Part shown: in pieces, positions 44,115 to 54,076 of the stretch
How the letters are laid out: every line of letters begins with the position of its first letter
Position numbering within the stretch: the stretch's first letter is position 1
Source: Chloroflexota bacterium
Lineage (GTDB): Bacteria > Chloroflexota > Limnocylindria > Limnocylindrales > CSP1-4
NCBI GenBank assembly: GCA_021802825.1
Contig: JAJZRG010000008.1
Location: forward strand, 16,715 to 80,714
DNA length: 64,000 nt
Direction: 5' to 3'
Made by a program: the position numbers and the translations under genes
Notes under the pieces: model-generated
Database searches by the model: none
What the model saw: only the letters and a program-made list of their open reading frames with translations
Told to the model about the DNA's origin: nothing

Positions 44115-45122
44115 ATGACCGCCCTGCTCGGCCGCCACGAGAGCCGCCGCCGGCTCGCCCCACGACGGCTGATCGCACTCCTCGCCCTCGTGTTCGCGGC
44201 CAGCGCCGTGGAACTCGCGGCCGCCCCCGCGGCGATGGGCTGGGACGCGAACACGTTCAGTTCCACCTCCGAGGCGCAGCTGATCTCGCTCCAGAACCAG
44301 GCGCGGGTGTCGGGGGGCCTCCGATCGCTTCGACTCGACACGGCGCTGCGAACGATTGCGCGCTGGCGCAGCAAGGACATGATCGACCGGGACTACTTCT
44401 CGCACACGATCCTGGGCACGAGCCACAACGTGTTCTGGTACATGCAGTACAAGTACGGCTACTGCTTCAAGCTCGCGGGCGAGAACATCGGGACGGTCAC
44501 CTGGCCCGGGGCGTCGGAGGCTGACGCCACCAGCTGGATCTTCAACCAGTTCATGAACTCGGCGGGCCACCGCGCGAACATCATGGGCAAGGCCTGGGAC
44601 GTCGTGGCCGTCGGGGCCTACAAGGGAACCGGCGACACGTTCATGTGGACCGCCCTGTTCGTCCAGTCGTGCTCGGCCGCGCCCGCGCCCACGCCGAAGC
44701 CCACGCCGAAGCCCACGCCGAAACCGACCCCGAAGCCGACCCCGAAGCCCGTGGTGACGCCCCGGCCAACCGCGCAGCCCACTGCGCACCCGACCGTCCG
44801 CCCCACGACTCGCCCGACGACCAGGCCGACGACGACCCCGACCGCGGCCCCCACCCCCACGCCCAGCCCGTTGCCCACGCCCAGCCCGTTGCCCACCCCC
44901 GGCGCGTCGCCGTCGCTCAGCCCCACCACGGGTCCGGACGACGGTTTGCTCGCGACTCCCGGTCCCGCCGCCTCCGAGACGGCCCCGCCGAGCGAGGTGC
45001 CGAGCGCGAGCGCGCCGCCGTTCATGCCGCCGGGAGGTCTGCAGATCAAGGACGCGCCGCCCGAGGGCGGTCTGATCGAGTCGATCCTCCAGGTGATCAC
45101 CGCCAGATTCTTCGGCGGATGA
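44115..45122 (+). CDS. Secreted CAP/SCP (YkwD-like) domain protein with long Pro/Thr-rich linker
   Basis: Signal peptide [24 protein letters not shown] motifs ([19 protein letters not shown]). Then (PKPT)5, (RPTT)3 and (PSPLPT)2 repeats. TTG 44097 is an alternative start. Confidence 0.8.
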   Translation: MTALLGRHESRRRLAPRRLIALLALVFAASAVELAAAPAAMGWDANTFSSTSEAQLISLQNQARVSGGLRSLRLDTALRTIARWRSKDMIDRDYFSHTILGTSHNVFWYMQYKYGYCFKLAGENIGTVTWPGASEADATSWIFNQFMNSAGHRANIMGKAWDVVAVGAYKGTGDTFMWTALFVQSCSAAPAPTPKPTPKPTPKPTPKPTPKPVVTPRPTAQPTAHPTVRPTTRPTTRPTTTPTAAPTPTPSPLPTPSPLPTPGASPSLSPTTGPDDGLLATPGPAASETAPPSEVPSASAPPFMPPGGLQIKDAPPEGGLIESILQVITARFFGG

Positions 45123-45165
45123 CGTCCGCGGCCCCCCGGAGCCTCGTTCTCGGGCTACCGTATCG

Positions 45166-46005
45166 ATGACATCCCGTCCAGCCCGGGAGGCGCCGACTCG
45201 CATGACGTTCCAGCCGACCATCGCTGACGAGGCCAACGCGCCGCGTCGGACCGTCCTGCCGATCCTCGAGGCGCGCTCGCTGACCAAGCAGTACCGCATG
45301 CCCGGCGAGATCGTCGAGGCGGTCCGCGGCGTGAGCCTCTCGGTCATGCCCGGCGAGTTCGTGGCGCTCATGGGCCCGTCGGGGTCGGGCAAGAGCACCC
45401 TGCTCCAACTCCTGGGCGGTCTTGATCAACCGTCGAGCGGCGAGGTGTTGCTCGAGGGCGAGCCGATCGGTCGGCTGTCGGACTCGGACGCGACCCGGCT
45501 GCGCCGCGAGCGGACGGGCTTCGTGTTCCAGTCGTTCAACCTCGTGCCGCTGATGAACGTCGTCGAGAACGTCGGGCTGCCGTTCACGATCGCCGGACAG
45601 GACCCGCGGTCGCACGAGCTGGCGGCACGCATCCGGGAGGCGATCGCACTGGTGGACCTGACCGGCAAGGAGCGCCACCGGCCGGACCAGCTGTCCGCGG
45701 GCGAGCAGCAGCGCGTTGCCGTGGCCCGGGCGATCGTGACCCGGCCGGCCCTGCTGTTCGCCGACGAGCCGACCGGCAACCTCGACTTCCGCACCGGACT
45801 CGACATCCTGGGCGCGCTATGGCGGACGTGCATGGAGCGCGGCCAGACGATCGTGCTGGTCACCCACGACGCCAAGGCGGCCGCCTACGCCGACCGCGTG
45901 TTCGTGGTGGGGGACGGGCAGATCCAGGACGAGATCGTGCTCGGGCGGCGCTCCGACCACGCCGCCGCGCCGCTGATCGCCCGGCTCGCCCTGCTGGGGC
46001 TGTAG
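45166..46005 (+). CDS. ABC transporter ATP-binding protein (MacB/LolD/FtsE-like)
   Basis: Walker A GPSGSGKST, signature LSAGEQQR, Walker B LFADEPTGNLD. ATG 45202 is an alternative start. Confidence 0.9.
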   Translation: MTSRPAREAPTRMTFQPTIADEANAPRRTVLPILEARSLTKQYRMPGEIVEAVRGVSLSVMPGEFVALMGPSGSGKSTLLQLLGGLDQPSSGEVLLEGEPIGRLSDSDATRLRRERTGFVFQSFNLVPLMNVVENVGLPFTIAGQDPRSHELAARIREAIALVDLTGKERHRPDQLSAGEQQRVAVARAIVTRPALLFADEPTGNLDFRTGLDILGALWRTCMERGQTIVLVTHDAKAAAYADRVFVVGDGQIQDEIVLGRRSDHAAAPLIARLALLGL

Positions 46006-46009
46006 CCCG

Positions 46010-48556
46010 GTGCGCGGCCTCGTCCGCTACGCCTGGCGCGCGCTGGCGGCTCGGCGCGCGCGCACGCTGCTCACGATCGTGGGGATCTCGCTCGGCGTGG
46101 GGGTGCTCGTGGCTGCGCTGGGCGTGGACGCCGGGCTGGACGCCTCGATCGACCGAACGGTGGCCTCGATGGTGGGGCGGGCGGACCTGCGGGTGACGGC
46201 GTTCGAGGAGACGGGGCTGTCGGCGGGGACCCTCGAGCAGTTGGGCGCTGTACCGGGCGTGGCGCTCACGGCGCCGGCAATCGAGCGCAAGACGTTCCTC
46301 GCGTCGCAGGCGGGCAGGCCGGTCGAGACGGCGCCCGTGACGATCCTCGGCATCGACGCCTCTGCTGAGCCGCGCGTCCGCGACCTGGCACTCGCACGCG
46401 GGGTCGCGCTCGCGCCCTCCGACGACGCGTCCGCCCTGGTCACCGAGACGCTCGCCGCGTCCGATGGGCTCGAACTGGGCGACGACCTGCAGATCCTCGG
46501 CGCCGGCGCGCCGTTGACGGTCAAGATCACGGGCGTGCTCCGGGGCGACGGACCGGAGCTCGGCTCGGGCGGCCGCACGGTGGTCGTGCCCATCCGCACC
46601 GCGCAACTGCTGGGCGTCGCGGACGGCGACACCGCCCCGACGCAGGTGGGCGGCGTCACGCGCGTTGACGTCGTGCTCGCGGCCGGGGCGCCCGTGGACC
46701 AGGTCGCGGCGTCGATCGGGCAGGCGCTCACGCTCCAGCCGTACGTGCTCTCGCGGCCGCAGGACGTCGCCTCCAGCTTGCGTGCCTCCACGCTCGACAT
46801 CCGGGCCACGATGGCGCTGCTCGCCGCCATCACGCTGTTCGCGGCTGCCATCCTGATCCTCAACACGATGGCGATGACCGTCGTCGAGCGGATCCGCGAG
46901 CTCGGGCTGCTGCGGGCCGCGGGTGCCCAGCGCTCGCAGATCGTCCGCGTCGTCGTCACCCAGGCGCTGGTCCTGGGGGTCGCGGGCTCAGGGCTCGGCA
47001 TCGTGGTCGGCACGCTACTCGCGTATCTCGCCGCCGCGTGGCTGCGGGCGAGCGGCCAGCTCGCTATCGAGGGGCCCGTGATCGGGCCGTGGGCCGTGTT
47101 CGCGGGGATCGCGTCGGGCGTGGGCATCACGCTGGTCGCGGCGGTCGAACCGGCGCGTCGTGCGGCGGCGGTCAGCCCGGTCGCGGTCCTGCGCGTGCGG
47201 TCCGACACGTCGCGGCTCGTCCGCGCCCACACCGGCTGGCTCGTGGTCGTGGTGGCGGTGATCGGGACGACGGCCGTGCTCCTGCTGCCCGGCGGCGCGA
47301 CTGACCTCGCGATCCCGGCTCGCGCGGTCGGCGTGTACGTCCTGCTGCTGGTCGCCGTCCTGCTCATGCCCGCGCTCCTGGCCCCGCTCGCGCGACTGGC
47401 TGGGCTGCCGTTCGCCGTCTTGCTGCGGCTCGAGGAGCGGCTGGCGCGGGCGGCGATCCGACGCGACCCGGGCCGCACCACGCTCACTGTCGGTGCGCTC
47501 GTCATCGGTCTCGCGATGGTCGTGGCGCTCGCGTCGGTGGCCGGCAGCGCGCGGGTGTCGGCAACCGCATGGCTCGCCGACGTCGTGCCGGGTGACGAGA
47601 TCCTCACGGCCATCGCCCCGGCGCCGGTTGGCCCGGGCGGGATCGACACGCAGCTCTCGTCGATCGACGGGGTCGCGCTGGCGACGCCGATCGCGTCGTT
47701 CGACCTGGCATACGCGAGCACGCGGCTCGAGGCTGTCGCGATCCGGGGCGCGGACTTCCTGGCCGACGGGCGACTGGACTTCACGGCAGGCGATCGCACC
47801 GCCGCGCTCAACGCGCTCGATGGCACGGGCGCGATCGTGCTCCCCGCCTCGCGAGCGGCCCGGCTCGGCGTGGGCGTCGGCGATACGATGGCCGTCGCCA
47901 CGTCGCAGGGCCTGGTCAACCTCAAGGTGGTCGGCCTCGTCGCGCGCAGCTTCCCGGGCCGCACCGGCGACGCGGTGCTGGTGGGCTGGGGGGATGCGAC
48001 GGCGAAGCTTGGTGTGGTGGGCGCAGATGCGTTCGCGGTGCGGTATGCCCCCGGCCGCCGGGCCGATGCGCAGCCGCAGGTCGAGGCACTGGCGCGGCAG
48101 CTCGCGCTCACGGCTTCGCCCGTCTCGGCCGTGTCCGGGGCCGTTGGCGATGCGCTCGACCGGCTGTTCGGGCTGCTGGACCTGCTCGCGCTCGCGGCGG
48201 TGGTGATCGCGGCGCTGGGCATCGTCAACACGCTCTCGATGGACACGCTCGAGCGGGTGCGTGAGATCGGCATGCTGCGGGCGGCTGGCATGAGCCGCAT
48301 CCAGGTCTGGCGCAGCGTGCTCGTTGAGGCGGGGATCCTGGGTGCGATGGGCGGACTGGTGGGGAGTGTCACGGGTGTGCTCGTCGGCGTGCTGCTCTCG
48401 GGTGGCGGGGGAGCGGCCGGGCCGATGAGCGTCGTGCCCTGGCCGACAGTGGCCCTCGCCATCGTGCTCGGCATCGCCCTCGCGATGCTGGCCGCGGCGC
48501 AGCCGGCGCGGCTGGCCGGTCGCGTGCCGATCCCGATGGCGGTCCGCGGGGAGTAG
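46010..48556 (+). CDS. ABC transporter permease with two FtsX-like domains (MacB-type, 848 aa)
   Basis: GTG start 5 nt after the ATPase stop. Two repeats of a 4-TM FtsX module, each preceded by a large periplasmic domain. Confidence 0.85.
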   Translation: MRGLVRYAWRALAARRARTLLTIVGISLGVGVLVAALGVDAGLDASIDRTVASMVGRADLRVTAFEETGLSAGTLEQLGAVPGVALTAPAIERKTFLASQAGRPVETAPVTILGIDASAEPRVRDLALARGVALAPSDDASALVTETLAASDGLELGDDLQILGAGAPLTVKITGVLRGDGPELGSGGRTVVVPIRTAQLLGVADGDTAPTQVGGVTRVDVVLAAGAPVDQVAASIGQALTLQPYVLSRPQDVASSLRASTLDIRATMALLAAITLFAAAILILNTMAMTVVERIRELGLLRAAGAQRSQIVRVVVTQALVLGVAGSGLGIVVGTLLAYLAAAWLRASGQLAIEGPVIGPWAVFAGIASGVGITLVAAVEPARRAAAVSPVAVLRVRSDTSRLVRAHTGWLVVVVAVIGTTAVLLLPGGATDLAIPARAVGVYVLLLVAVLLMPALLAPLARLAGLPFAVLLRLEERLARAAIRRDPGRTTLTVGALVIGLAMVVALASVAGSARVSATAWLADVVPGDEILTAIAPAPVGPGGIDTQLSSIDGVALATPIASFDLAYASTRLEAVAIRGADFLADGRLDFTAGDRTAALNALDGTGAIVLPASRAARLGVGVGDTMAVATSQGLVNLKVVGLVARSFPGRTGDAVLVGWGDATAKLGVVGADAFAVRYAPGRRADAQPQVEALARQLALTASPVSAVSGAVGDALDRLFGLLDLLALAAVVIAALGIVNTLSMDTLERVREIGMLRAAGMSRIQVWRSVLVEAGILGAMGGLVGSVTGVLVGVLLSGGGGAAGPMSVVPWPTVALAIVLGIALAMLAAAQPARLAGRVPIPMAVRGE

Positions 48557-48654
48557 TGCCCGAACCCGATCCGCAGGCCGCATGGCACGGGACCCGTTTC
48601 GCGGTTCGGGTAGACTCCGGGCAACGCGGGTTCCACACCCGCCCTGAGGAGCCG

Positions 48655-49299
48655 ATGTCGTACGCGATTCCCTCCCTGACCCGCGTCTCCGCCGCTGAGC
48701 GTGGCCTCACGATCGCCGACTTCCTGGTGCCGGTGCGCGTGGGAGAGCGCGTCTCGCCGCGCAGCCGCGACCTCGGCCTCGTGCTGGCAGGCGTGGCGCT
48801 GATGATCCTGGGATCCCGCATCTCCGTGTCGCTGTCGGGAACCCCCGTGCCCTTCACGCTCCAGACGCTGGCGGTGCTGATCGTCGGCGGCTCGCTCGGT
48901 CTCCGCCGCGGGGCGATCTCGGTGGGGCTGTTCGTGGCACTCGGCGTCGTGGGCCTGCCCGTCTTCGCCGAGTCGCGCGGCGGATTCCAGGTGATCCTCG
49001 GCACGAACGGTGGCTACCTCGTCGGGTTCATCGTCGCGGGGGCGCTGGTCGGCCGCCTGGCGGAGCTGGGTTGGGACCGCCACATCGGCGGGTCGGTCGG
49101 GATGAACCTGCTGGGCTCGGTCACGATCTACCTCGTCGGCGTGCCGTGGCTCGCTGTGGTCCTCGGGGTGTCGCCGCTGAAGGCGGTCGAGCTTGGCGTC
49201 GTGCCGTTCCTCGTGGGCGACGCCGTGAAGCTGCTCGTGGCGGCTGGTGCCTTCCCGGCGGCGTGGTGGGTGGTCGGGCGACGCCCGAGCGACCGCTAG
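48655..49299 (+). CDS. bioY: Biotin transporter BioY (ECF S-component)
   Basis: ATG 48655 (GAGGAG Shine-Dalgarno) lies within ORF 48556..49299. BioY-like pattern (TPVPFTLQTLAVLI, GGYLVGF, VPFLVGDAVK). Confidence 0.8.
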   Translation: MSYAIPSLTRVSAAERGLTIADFLVPVRVGERVSPRSRDLGLVLAGVALMILGSRISVSLSGTPVPFTLQTLAVLIVGGSLGLRRGAISVGLFVALGVVGLPVFAESRGGFQVILGTNGGYLVGFIVAGALVGRLAELGWDRHIGGSVGMNLLGSVTIYLVGVPWLAVVLGVSPLKAVELGVVPFLVGDAVKLLVAAGAFPAAWWVVGRRPSDR

Positions 49300-50330
49300 C
49301 CGGCGTTTCGGGCGGGGGGATCCGGCGCGGAGAGCGCGACGGCTCGCGCGAGCCGGGCGGGCTCTACGGTCCTGACTCGGAGGCCTGGCGCCTGAACCGC
49401 GAGGCGGCGCTCCTCCTGGGCGCGGGCCCCCTCGCCATCCTGCTCCAGATCGCGCACCCGATCGTCGCCGAGGGCGTCGCCCAGCACTCCACCTTCCGCG
49501 AGGACCCCTGGGCCCGGCTCGACGGCACGCTGCGCTCGTACCTGCGGATCGTCTACGCCTCCGCCGCCACGGCCCGGGCCGAGATCCGGCGCCTCAACAC
49601 GCTCCACCGGACGGTGACGGGGCCGGTCAGCGACCCCGAGGCGGTCTCCCGGTTCGGCCGGGCGTACGCCGCGCGCGACCCGGAGCTCTCGCTGTGGGTC
49701 CATGCCACGCTGGTGTGGGCGACGCTGACCACGGTTGACCGCTGGCTGGTGCCCGTGCCGCACGAGCGCAGGGCGCGCTTCTACGCGGAGACGCTGGTGA
49801 TCGGCCGCGGCTTCGGTGTCCCAGATGCGATGCTCCCGGCCGACCTCGACGCGTTCGAGGCCTACGTCACCGGCATGCTGGGTCCCGGCGGGCCGGTCCG
49901 CCCCTCGCCGGTCTCCCGCGACCTGGCCCACGCGATCCTGCACCCGCCGCTCGCCCCGCTGGTGGAGCGTGGCGCGGTGGCACGGCGACTGGGCGCGGCG
50001 GCACCACGCCTCGCTGGTCTGCTTCGCCACGTCCCGCGCTCGGCGTTGACGCCGCTGCTCGTGCCCGCGGTCGGGCTCATGCCCGCCGCGACGCGGGCGG
50101 AGCTGGGCCTGCCGTGGGGCCCGGCCGAACGGGCGCTCGACGCCTGGCTCACGACGATGTGGCGCGCGTGGCGGCCGCTGTTCCCGCCCTCCGTCCGATG
50201 GTTCCCGCAGGCGCTCGCGGCGGACCGTCGCGTGGCGGCGGACGGGGGCGCGGACGGGGGCGCGGACGGGGGCGCGGACGGGGGCGCGGACGGGGGCGCG
50301 GACAAGCGCCCGGGCGCGAGGAGCGGCTGA
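49266..50330 (+). CDS. MpaB/DUF2236-family oxygenase-like protein with C-terminal (ADGG)n repeat
   Basis: GPDSEAWRLNREAALLLGAGPLAILLQIAHP is typical of DUF2236. There is no start codon after the bioY stop, so the start is placed at GTG 49266 or 49263, overlapping the bioY end. Start uncertain. Confidence 0.65.
   Translation: MGGRATPERPLAGVSGGGIRRGERDGSREPGGLYGPDSEAWRLNREAALLLGAGPLAILLQIAHPIVAEGVAQHSTFREDPWARLDGTLRSYLRIVYASAATARAEIRRLNTLHRTVTGPVSDPEAVSRFGRAYAARDPELSLWVHATLVWATLTTVDRWLVPVPHERRARFYAETLVIGRGFGVPDAMLPADLDAFEAYVTGMLGPGGPVRPSPVSRDLAHAILHPPLAPLVERGAVARRLGAAAPRLAGLLRHVPRSALTPLLVPAVGLMPAATRAELGLPWGPAERALDAWLTTMWRAWRPLFPPSVRWFPQALAADRRVAADGGADGGADGGADGGADGGADKRPGARSG
50238..50303 (+). 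repeat. Perfect 12-bp tandem repeat (GCGGACGGGGGC x5.5) encoding (ADGG)n
   Basis: Read directly: five identical units at 50238-50297 plus a partial unit. It lies in-frame inside the C-terminus of the MpaB-like gene. Confidence 0.9.
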
Positions 50331-50340
50331 GGCCCGACCG

Positions 50341-50928
50341 TCAGCCCGAGATCGCCGCCGCCAGCTCGGGCGTGCCCAGCAGGTCGGGGAGCGGCCGGAT
50401 CGGCACCGGCCGGGGCCCGTCCGCACGCGGGAACAGCTCCAGCTCGAAGAATGAGACGCCGTGCCAGCGCCCGGCCTTCCAGCCGACGCCGTCGAACGTG
50501 CCCACGGGCTGGAACCCGAGCGCCCGGTGGAGCCCTTCCGAGCCCGGGTTGGGCAGCGTGACGCCCGCGATGACCAGCCGGAACCCCTGGAGTCGCAGCA
50601 CCCGCAGGACCGAGGCCATCGTCGCCCGCCCCAGCCCCGAGCGGTGCAGCGAGCGGTCCACGTACACCGTGGATTCCGCTGTCCAGTCGTAGGCCGCGCG
50701 GTCTCGGAACCGGCCCGCGTAGGCGTACGCCCGAACCGCCCCGTCCACCTCGGCCACCACCCACGGCGTCCGTGCGAGCGTCCGCTCGATCCGCCCGGCC
50801 ATCTGCTCGGCGGTCGGAGGCTGGAGCTCGAAGGAGATCGGGGTCTCGTTGACGTACGGCGCGTAGATGGTGGCGATGGCGCCGGCGTCGGCGGGCGTCG
50901 CCAGACGGAGCAGGGGAGCGGCAGTCAT
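50341..50928 (-). CDS. GNAT N-acetyltransferase (phosphinothricin/amino-acid acetyltransferase-like)
   Basis: 195 aa. IYAPYVNETPISFE start typical of PAT-like GNATs. Acetyl-CoA motif HRSGLGRATM. Confidence 0.8.
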   Translation of the reverse strand: MTAAPLLRLATPADAGAIATIYAPYVNETPISFELQPPTAEQMAGRIERTLARTPWVVAEVDGAVRAYAYAGRFRDRAAYDWTAESTVYVDRSLHRSGLGRATMASVLRVLRLQGFRLVIAGVTLPNPGSEGLHRALGFQPVGTFDGVGWKAGRWHGVSFFELELFPRADGPRPVPIRPLPDLLGTPELAAAISG

Positions 50929-50938
50929 GGCGGAAACC

Positions 50939-52357
50939 CTAGTACAGCGACGGGAAGCGCGAGTGCCACCGGGAGGCGAAGTCGATGGGGCTCGCGGCGT
51001 CGATCGCGTCGAGCAGCTGGCGCGTGTGGGCCAGGCCGAGGCGGTGGGCCGCGAGGTAGCCGCGGATCGCCCGCCAGAAGGCCGTCGAGCCCATCAGCCG
51101 GCGCGCGTCGTCGATCAGGTTGCCGCCCTGGATGTAGATGTCCTCGTAGTAGCAGGCGGAGGAGTAGCGGTAAATCGGGAGGTCCAGCCGGGCGGCGGAG
51201 CACTGCGACGCCCGGCGCATGCCCAGCGCGTTGCGGGTGGCCATGTCGGTCATCGCCTCGTCCGCGAACGGCTCGCGCGCCTGGTCGTTGCCGACGAGGC
51301 CGAAGAACCACTGGTGCGCGATCTCGTGGGTCACCAGGTACGCGAGGTTCGACGAGGCCACGCGGGGAGGGATCCACACGGTCATCGGTCCCTCCATGCC
51401 GTACCCGCCCGCGGACTCGGAGACGGTCAGCAGGCTGTACGGGTACGGGCCGAGCCGCGCCTCGAGCCGGGTGAGGGCGGTCACGGCGGCGGACAGGACG
51501 GCGGCCGACGGGAAGCCCGAGCGCGAGACGACCCTGACCCTCGTGCCGTTGACGGTTGCCTGGCGGGTCGTGGCGTCACGGCTGGCGGTGACGACGAAGT
51601 CGCGGACGTTGGCGGCGTCGAACTTGGCGGTCAGGCCATCGGCCGAGAGGGCCGTGCGCGTGCCGGTCGTCGCCCAGCGCAGCGGGATGTCCGAGTGGAG
51701 GATCACGCGCACCGAGGGGCTCGACGGCGTGACGAAGGGGTCGCCGTAGTTCGGCCGGGCGAACGGCGTCGCCCGTGAGACCCAGGGGATCCAGCGGTAG
51801 AGGTCAGCTATGCCGTTCGCGCGGGCGAAGAGCCAGCTCGAGCCCGTGGTCGTCGTCCGCAGCGTGGCGCTGAAGCGAACGACAACGCCGACCGAGGCGC
51901 CGCTGGGCAGCACGCCGCCCAGTGGGACGCTGATCGTCTGGTCGCTCACGGTAGGGGTGACGGTGCGGCCGTCCACAGTGGTGCTGCCCAGGCGCAGCCC
52001 GCCCAGCCGTGCCATGACGGTGTTGAGCTCGATCCGGTCGATGCCGGAGGCCGACTCGTTCGTGGCTGCGATGGCCACCTGGCCCCAGAGGCGCCCCGAT
52101 CCCCATGCGAGCGACGCTCCCACACTGTAGGCCGCGCGGAGATGCATGGAGGAGCGGTTGACCGAGCCCGGGACGATCTGCGTCGTGCCGGCGGCACCGG
52201 CGCCCGATGACGGCAAGCGGAGGGGCGCCGAGACCCGCGTGTCCGCCGACGCCGACGCCGGCAGGCTCGCCGCAGAGGCCGGAGCCGGGACGCCGATGCC
52301 CGTGCCCACGAGCCCCACCGCGAGCGCAGCCGCCAGCACACCCCCACGGGTTCGCAT
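50939..52357 (-). CDS. Secreted M1-like zinc metallopeptidase (HEIAH-X18-E)
   Basis: Start MRTRGGVLAAALAVGLVG (signal peptide) at 52357 within ORF 50939..52516. HEIAHQWFFGLVGNDQAREPFADEA gluzincin motif. Confidence 0.8.
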   Translation of the reverse strand: MRTRGGVLAAALAVGLVGTGIGVPAPASAASLPASASADTRVSAPLRLPSSGAGAAGTTQIVPGSVNRSSMHLRAAYSVGASLAWGSGRLWGQVAIAATNESASGIDRIELNTVMARLGGLRLGSTTVDGRTVTPTVSDQTISVPLGGVLPSGASVGVVVRFSATLRTTTTGSSWLFARANGIADLYRWIPWVSRATPFARPNYGDPFVTPSSPSVRVILHSDIPLRWATTGTRTALSADGLTAKFDAANVRDFVVTASRDATTRQATVNGTRVRVVSRSGFPSAAVLSAAVTALTRLEARLGPYPYSLLTVSESAGGYGMEGPMTVWIPPRVASSNLAYLVTHEIAHQWFFGLVGNDQAREPFADEAMTDMATRNALGMRRASQCSAARLDLPIYRYSSACYYEDIYIQGGNLIDDARRLMGSTAFWRAIRGYLAAHRLGLAHTRQLLDAIDAASPIDFASRWHSRFPSLY

Positions 52358-52412
52358 GTCGCCCGAATCGTACGCCCGGCAGGGCGCGCGCCGGGTTGCG
52401 ATACTTCCGCGC

Positions 52413-53840
52413 ATGGCATCGGATGCGGTCGCGACTCCCAGCGCCCCGGTTCGCGGCAACGGGCCCGCGCTCCTGCGCGCGATCGAGGCGCGCCTGCCCG
52501 GCCTGCGCCTCCTCACCGACGCCGTGGACCGCGAGTCGTACCGGCGAGACGAGACGGCCTACCTCCCCACGGGCCTGCCGCTCGCCGTCACGCTGCCGGA
52601 GACGACGGAGCAGGTGGTCGAGCTGGTCCGCCTGTGCGGCGAGCACGACGTGCCCATCGTTCCCCGCGGGGCCGGCACCGGGCTCTCCGGCGGCGCGGCG
52701 GGCATCGAGGGCGCGCTGACCATCGCGTTCACGCGCATGAACCGGGTGCTCGAGATCGACCGCGCGAACCTGGTCGTGGTCACGCAGCCGGGCGTCGTCA
52801 ATGCCGACCTCAAGAAGGCCGTGGCGGCCGAGGGGCTGTTCTACGCGCCCGATCCCGCGTCGTACGAGACGTGCACGATCGGGGGCAACCTGGGCACGAA
52901 CGCCGGCGGGCTGTGCTGCGTGAAGTACGGCGTGACGCGCGACGCGGTGCTCGGCCTCGAGGTGGTCATGGCCGACGCCTCCGTGCTGCGGTTGGGCGGC
53001 CGGAACGTCAAGGACGTGGCCGGCTACGGCCTGATCCCGCTGCTCGTCGGCAGCCAGGGGACGCTCGGCCTGGTCACCGAGGCCACGCTCCGGCTCCGGG
53101 CCGCCCCGCCGCCGCGCGCCACCCTGCTGGCGTTCTTCGCCACCCTCGACGCCGCCGGGGACGCCGTCGCCATGATCACCGGGGCGGGGATCGTGCCGGT
53201 GACGCTCGAGCTGATGGACCGCACGACCATCCGCGCCGTGGACGACGTCCACCACCTGGGGCTCGATCGTGATGCGGCCGCCATGCTGCTCGTCGAATCG
53301 GACCTGCCGGGGACCGCCGCCGTGGTGGAGGTGGACAGTGCCGAGAGGGCGTGCGCGGCCGCAGGGGCGAGCCTCGTGGTGCGGGCACAGGATGCGACCG
53401 AGGCCGAGTGGCTGCGCGAGGGGCGACGCCTCGCCTACCGCGCACTCGAGGCGCAGGGCGTGGCGCGGATGGAGGACGTGGGCGTGCCGCGGAGCCGGGT
53501 GCCGGAGCTGCTCCGGGCCATCGAGGCGATCGGCGCGCGCCACGAGATTGCCATCGGGACCTTCGGCCACGCCGGTGACGGGAACCTCCACCCGACGTTC
53601 GTCCTGCGTCGCGACGAGCCTGAGGCGACCGCGGCTGCCCGCCTCCACGCGGCTCGGATCGACCTGTTCGAGGCGGCGCTCGCGCTCGGCGGGACGGTGA
53701 CGGGCGAGCACGGGATCGGCGTCGTCCGACGCGACTGGCTCGTGCGCCAGCGGGGCGAGCCGGCGGTCGCGGCGATGCGCGCCATCAAGTGCGCCCTCGA
53801 CCCCCAGGGTCTCCTGAATCCCGGCCGCGTCCTCGCCTAG
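52413..53840 (+). CDS. FAD-linked oxidase (glycolate oxidase subunit GlcD / D-lactate dehydrogenase-like)
   Basis: ATG 52413 lies within ORF 52146..53840. FAD-binding PCMH domain (PRGAGTGLSGGA) and a C-terminal GEHGIG motif. Confidence 0.88.
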   Translation: MASDAVATPSAPVRGNGPALLRAIEARLPGLRLLTDAVDRESYRRDETAYLPTGLPLAVTLPETTEQVVELVRLCGEHDVPIVPRGAGTGLSGGAAGIEGALTIAFTRMNRVLEIDRANLVVVTQPGVVNADLKKAVAAEGLFYAPDPASYETCTIGGNLGTNAGGLCCVKYGVTRDAVLGLEVVMADASVLRLGGRNVKDVAGYGLIPLLVGSQGTLGLVTEATLRLRAAPPPRATLLAFFATLDAAGDAVAMITGAGIVPVTLELMDRTTIRAVDDVHHLGLDRDAAAMLLVESDLPGTAAVVEVDSAERACAAAGASLVVRAQDATEAEWLREGRRLAYRALEAQGVARMEDVGVPRSRVPELLRAIEAIGARHEIAIGTFGHAGDGNLHPTFVLRRDEPEATAAARLHAARIDLFEAALALGGTVTGEHGIGVVRRDWLVRQRGEPAVAAMRAIKCALDPQGLLNPGRVLA

Positions 53841-53948
53841 GGCCGGCGGGCATCGCCGCGCGTTCGACGTCGAAGCGGTCGGCCCACCGGTTGGCATGCT
53901 GCTGCCGACCGTGCGTCCTGTCGGCACCGAGCCGTCCGGTTCGTGACC

Positions 53949-53978
53949 GATGGCCCGGTCCCATGGGCACGGGCCATC
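53949..53978. promoter_or_regulatory. Near-perfect 30-bp palindrome upstream of the flavodoxin-like gene
   Basis: GATGGCCCG (53949-57) is the reverse complement of CGGGCCATC (53970-78), with a central CCCATGGG. 26 of 30 positions are self-complementary by manual check. Confidence 0.4.
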
Positions 53979-54076
53979 GCCGGCAGAGAGCCCGGGAAGG
54001 TGGGTGCCGACGGCTCTCCCGACGGCTCCCCGTGGAGCCGACCATTCACGCACACTCAGGGAGCCGCGCCACCCGC

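Noticed and set aside
46027-49083. 1018-aa minus-strand ORF
   Set aside because: It is antisense to the double-FtsX permease and bioY. Its low-complexity Ala/Arg/Ser/Thr/Pro composition has no motifs, whereas the plus-strand genes have clear ABC and BioY features.
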